From NCBI GenBank assembly GCA_964035545.1, contig CAXIUT010000097.1, forward strand, positions 372,001 through 436,000: 64,000 bases of DNA. The letters are read 5' to 3'. Made by a program: the position numbers and the translations under genes. The notes under the pieces are model-generated. The model was not told the origin of the DNA, did no database searches, and saw only the letters and a list, made by a program, of their open reading frames with translations. The first letter of the stretch is position 1. Each line of letters begins with the position of its first letter. This stretch comes from Bugula neritina. Its lineage: Eukaryota > Animalia > Bryozoa. Below, in pieces: positions 60,901 through 64,000 of this stretch.

Positions 60901-63496
60901 ACATACTGAAATATACTGCAAAATACTGAAATACACTGCTACATACTGAAATATACTGCAACACACTGTGACATACTGCAACATACTAAAATACACTGTA
61001 ACATATTGAAATACACTGCAACACATTGAAATATACTGCAATGTACCGAAATATATGGTAAACTACTGAAATATACTGTCACACATTGAAAAATACTGCA
61101 ACATACTGAAATATACTGCGACACATTGCAATATACTGTAACATACTGAAATATGCTGTAGCACACTGAAATACACTGCAACTCACTGAAATATACTGCA
61201 ACATACTGAAATACACTGTAACATATTGAAATATACTGCAACATACTGAAATACACTGCTACATACTAAATTTTACTGCAACATACTGCAACATAGTGAA
61301 ATACACTGTAACATACTGAAATACACTGCAACATACTGCAACATATTGAAATAAACTGCAACACATTGAAATATACTGCATTATACCTAAATATACGGTG
61401 ATATACCAAAATATACTGTAACACATTTAAAAATACTGCAACATACTGAAATACACTGCAAAAAACTGTAACACACTGAAATAAACTGCAACACACTGCA
61501 ACATACTGCAACATACTAAAATATACTGTAACATATTGAAATAGACTGCAACACATTGAAATATACTGCAACATACTGAAATACACTGCTATATACTGAA
61601 ATATACTGCAACACACTACAACATACTGCAACATGCTAAAATATACTGCAACATACTGAAATACCCTGCAAAATACTGAAATACACTGTAACATACTGAA
61701 GTATACTGCAACATACTGAAATACACTGCTACATACTGAAACATACTGCAACACACAGCAACATACTGCAACATACTAAAATACACTGTAACATATTGGA
61801 ATACACTGCAACACATTGAAATATACTGCAAAATACTGAAATACACTGCTGCATACTGAAATTTACTGCGACACACTGCAACATACTGCAACATACTAAA
61901 ATGCGCTGTAACATAGTGAAATAGACTGCAACACATTGAAATATACTGCAAAATACTGAAGTACACTGCTATATACTGAAATACACTGCAACACACTACA
62001 ACATACTGCAACATGCTAAAATATACTGCAACATACTGAAATACACTGCAAAATACTGAAATACACTGTAACATACTGAAGTATACTGCAACATACTGAA
62101 TCACACTGCTACATACTGAAATATACTGCAACACACTGCGACATACTGCAACATACTAAATTACACTGTAACATATTGAAATACACTGCAACACATTGAA
62201 ATATACTGCAATGTACCGAAATATATGGTCAACTACTGAAATATACTGTCACACATTGCAATATACTCTAACATACTGAAATATGCTGTAGCACACTGAA
62301 ATACACTGCAACTCACTGAAATATACTGCAACATACTGAAATACACTGTAACATATTGAAATATACTGCAACATACTGAAATACAGTGCTACATACTGAA
62401 ATATACTGCAACATACTGCAACATAGTGAAATACACTGCAAAATACTGAAATACACTATAACATACTGAAATATACTGCAACATACTGAAATACACTGCT
62501 ACATACTGAAATATACTGCAACACACAGCAACATACTGCAACATACTAAAATACACTGTAACATATTGGAATACCCTGCAACACATTGAAATATACTGCA
62601 ACATACCTAAATATACGGTGATATACCAAAATAAACTGTAACACATTTAAAAATACTGCAACATACTGAAATACACTGCAACACTCTGAAATACACTGCA
62701 AAATACTGTAACACACTGAAATATACTGCAACACACTGCAACATACTGCAACATACTAGAATACACTGTAACATATTGAAATATACTGCAATATACTGAA
62801 ATACACTGCTATATACCGAAATATACTGCAACACACTACAACATACTGCAACATGCTGAAATATACTGCAACATACTGAAATACCCTGCAAAATATACTG
62901 AAATACACTGTAACATACTGAAGTATACTGCAACATACTGAAATACACTGCTACATACTGAAATTTACTGCGACACACTGCAACATACTGCAACATACTA
63001 AAATGCACTGTAACATAGTGAAATAGACTGCAACACATTGAAATATACTGCAAAATACTGAAATACACTGCTATATACTGAAATTTACTGCAACACACTG
63101 CAACATACTGCAACATACTAAAATATACTGCAACATACTGAAATACACTGCAAAATATTCAAATACACTGTAACAGATTGAAATATACTGCAACATACGG
63201 AAATACAGTGCTACATACTGAAATATACTGCAACATACTGCAACATAGTGAAATACACTGCAACATACTGCAAGATAGTGAAATACACTGTAACATACTG
63301 GAGTATACTGCAACATGCTGAAATACACTGCTACATACTGAAATATACTGCAACACACAGCAACATACTGCAACATACTAAAATACACTGTGACATGTTG
63401 GAATACACTGCAACACATTGAAATATACTGCAAAAGACTGAAATACACTGCTACATACTGAAATATACTGCGACACACTGCAACATACTGCAACAT
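57950..63496 (+). repeat. Tandem duplication, period 2772 bp (2 copies)
   Basis: ORF offsets 58027/60799, 58494/61266, 59617/62389 and 60299/63071 equal 2772. Variants ACAGATTG and AAAGACTG are shared. G60331 vs A63103 is copy-specific. Confidence 0.92.
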
Positions 63497-64000
63497 ACTA
63501 AAATACACTGTAACATATTGAAATAGACTGCAACACAATGAAATATACTGTAAAATACTAAAATACACTGCTAAATACTGAAATATACTGCAACACACTG
63601 CAAGATACTGCAACATACTAAAATATACTGCAACATACTGAAATACACTGCAGAATACTGAAATACACTGTAACATACTGAAATATACTGCAAAATACTG
63701 AAATACACTGCTACATACTGAAATATACTGCAACACACTGCGACATACTGCAACATACTAAAATACACTGTAACATATTGAAATACACTGCAACACATTG
63801 AAATATACTGCAATGTACCGAAATATATGGTAAACTACTGAAATATACTGTCACACATTGAAAAACACTGCAACATACTGAAATATACTGCGACACATTG
63901 CAATATACTGTAACATACTGAAATATGCTGTAGCACACTGAAATACACTGCAACTCACTGAAATATACTGCAACATACTGAAATACACTGTAACATATTG

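Larger units (their letters stand above)
1..64000 (+). repeat. 10-bp-monomer satellite DNA array (ACTGCAACAY / ACTGAAATAY) with higher-order structure; extends beyond both window edges
   Basis: Every line consists of variants of ACTG-C/A-AA-C/AT-A-Y with a 10-bp period, visible as conserved columns in the 10-nt blocks. No unique sequence and no orientation switch seen. Confidence 0.99.

Noticed and set aside
80-63953. All six-frame ORFs (60-221 aa, minus strand) as protein-coding genes
   Set aside because: They overlap in all three frames with the same low-complexity peptide, follow a 10-bp rather than codon-based period, and recur with the array duplications. No domain-like sequence is present.
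1-64000. Non-canonical telomeric repeat
   Set aside because: Neither strand has G-clusters, and kb-scale duplicated variant patterns indicate recombinational amplification rather than telomerase addition.

Overview
The whole 64 kb window is one uninterrupted, single-orientation tandem satellite array, most likely eukaryotic heterochromatic or (peri)centromeric DNA; the taxon cannot be assigned from the sequence alone. It is hierarchical. Two 10-bp monomer classes (ACTGCAACAY and ACTGAAATAY) alternate as a ~20-bp dimer. These build 120-bp and 140-bp units anchored by a GCTA monomer. Those units build multi-kb near-identical tandem duplications (periods 3052, ~9073/7996, 4045 and 2772 bp) plus dispersed copies 5-45 kb apart. 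I see no credible gene, RNA gene, transposon or CRISPR array. All listed ORFs are minus-strand artefacts of the repeat. The most interesting non-obvious element is a recurring, diverged 17-bp dyad-symmetric box, TACC-N9-GGT(A), found in two paralogous forms at a fixed register of the 120-bp unit. Periods were derived from ORF-track offsets and checked by eye against diagnostic variants, so block boundaries are approximate.
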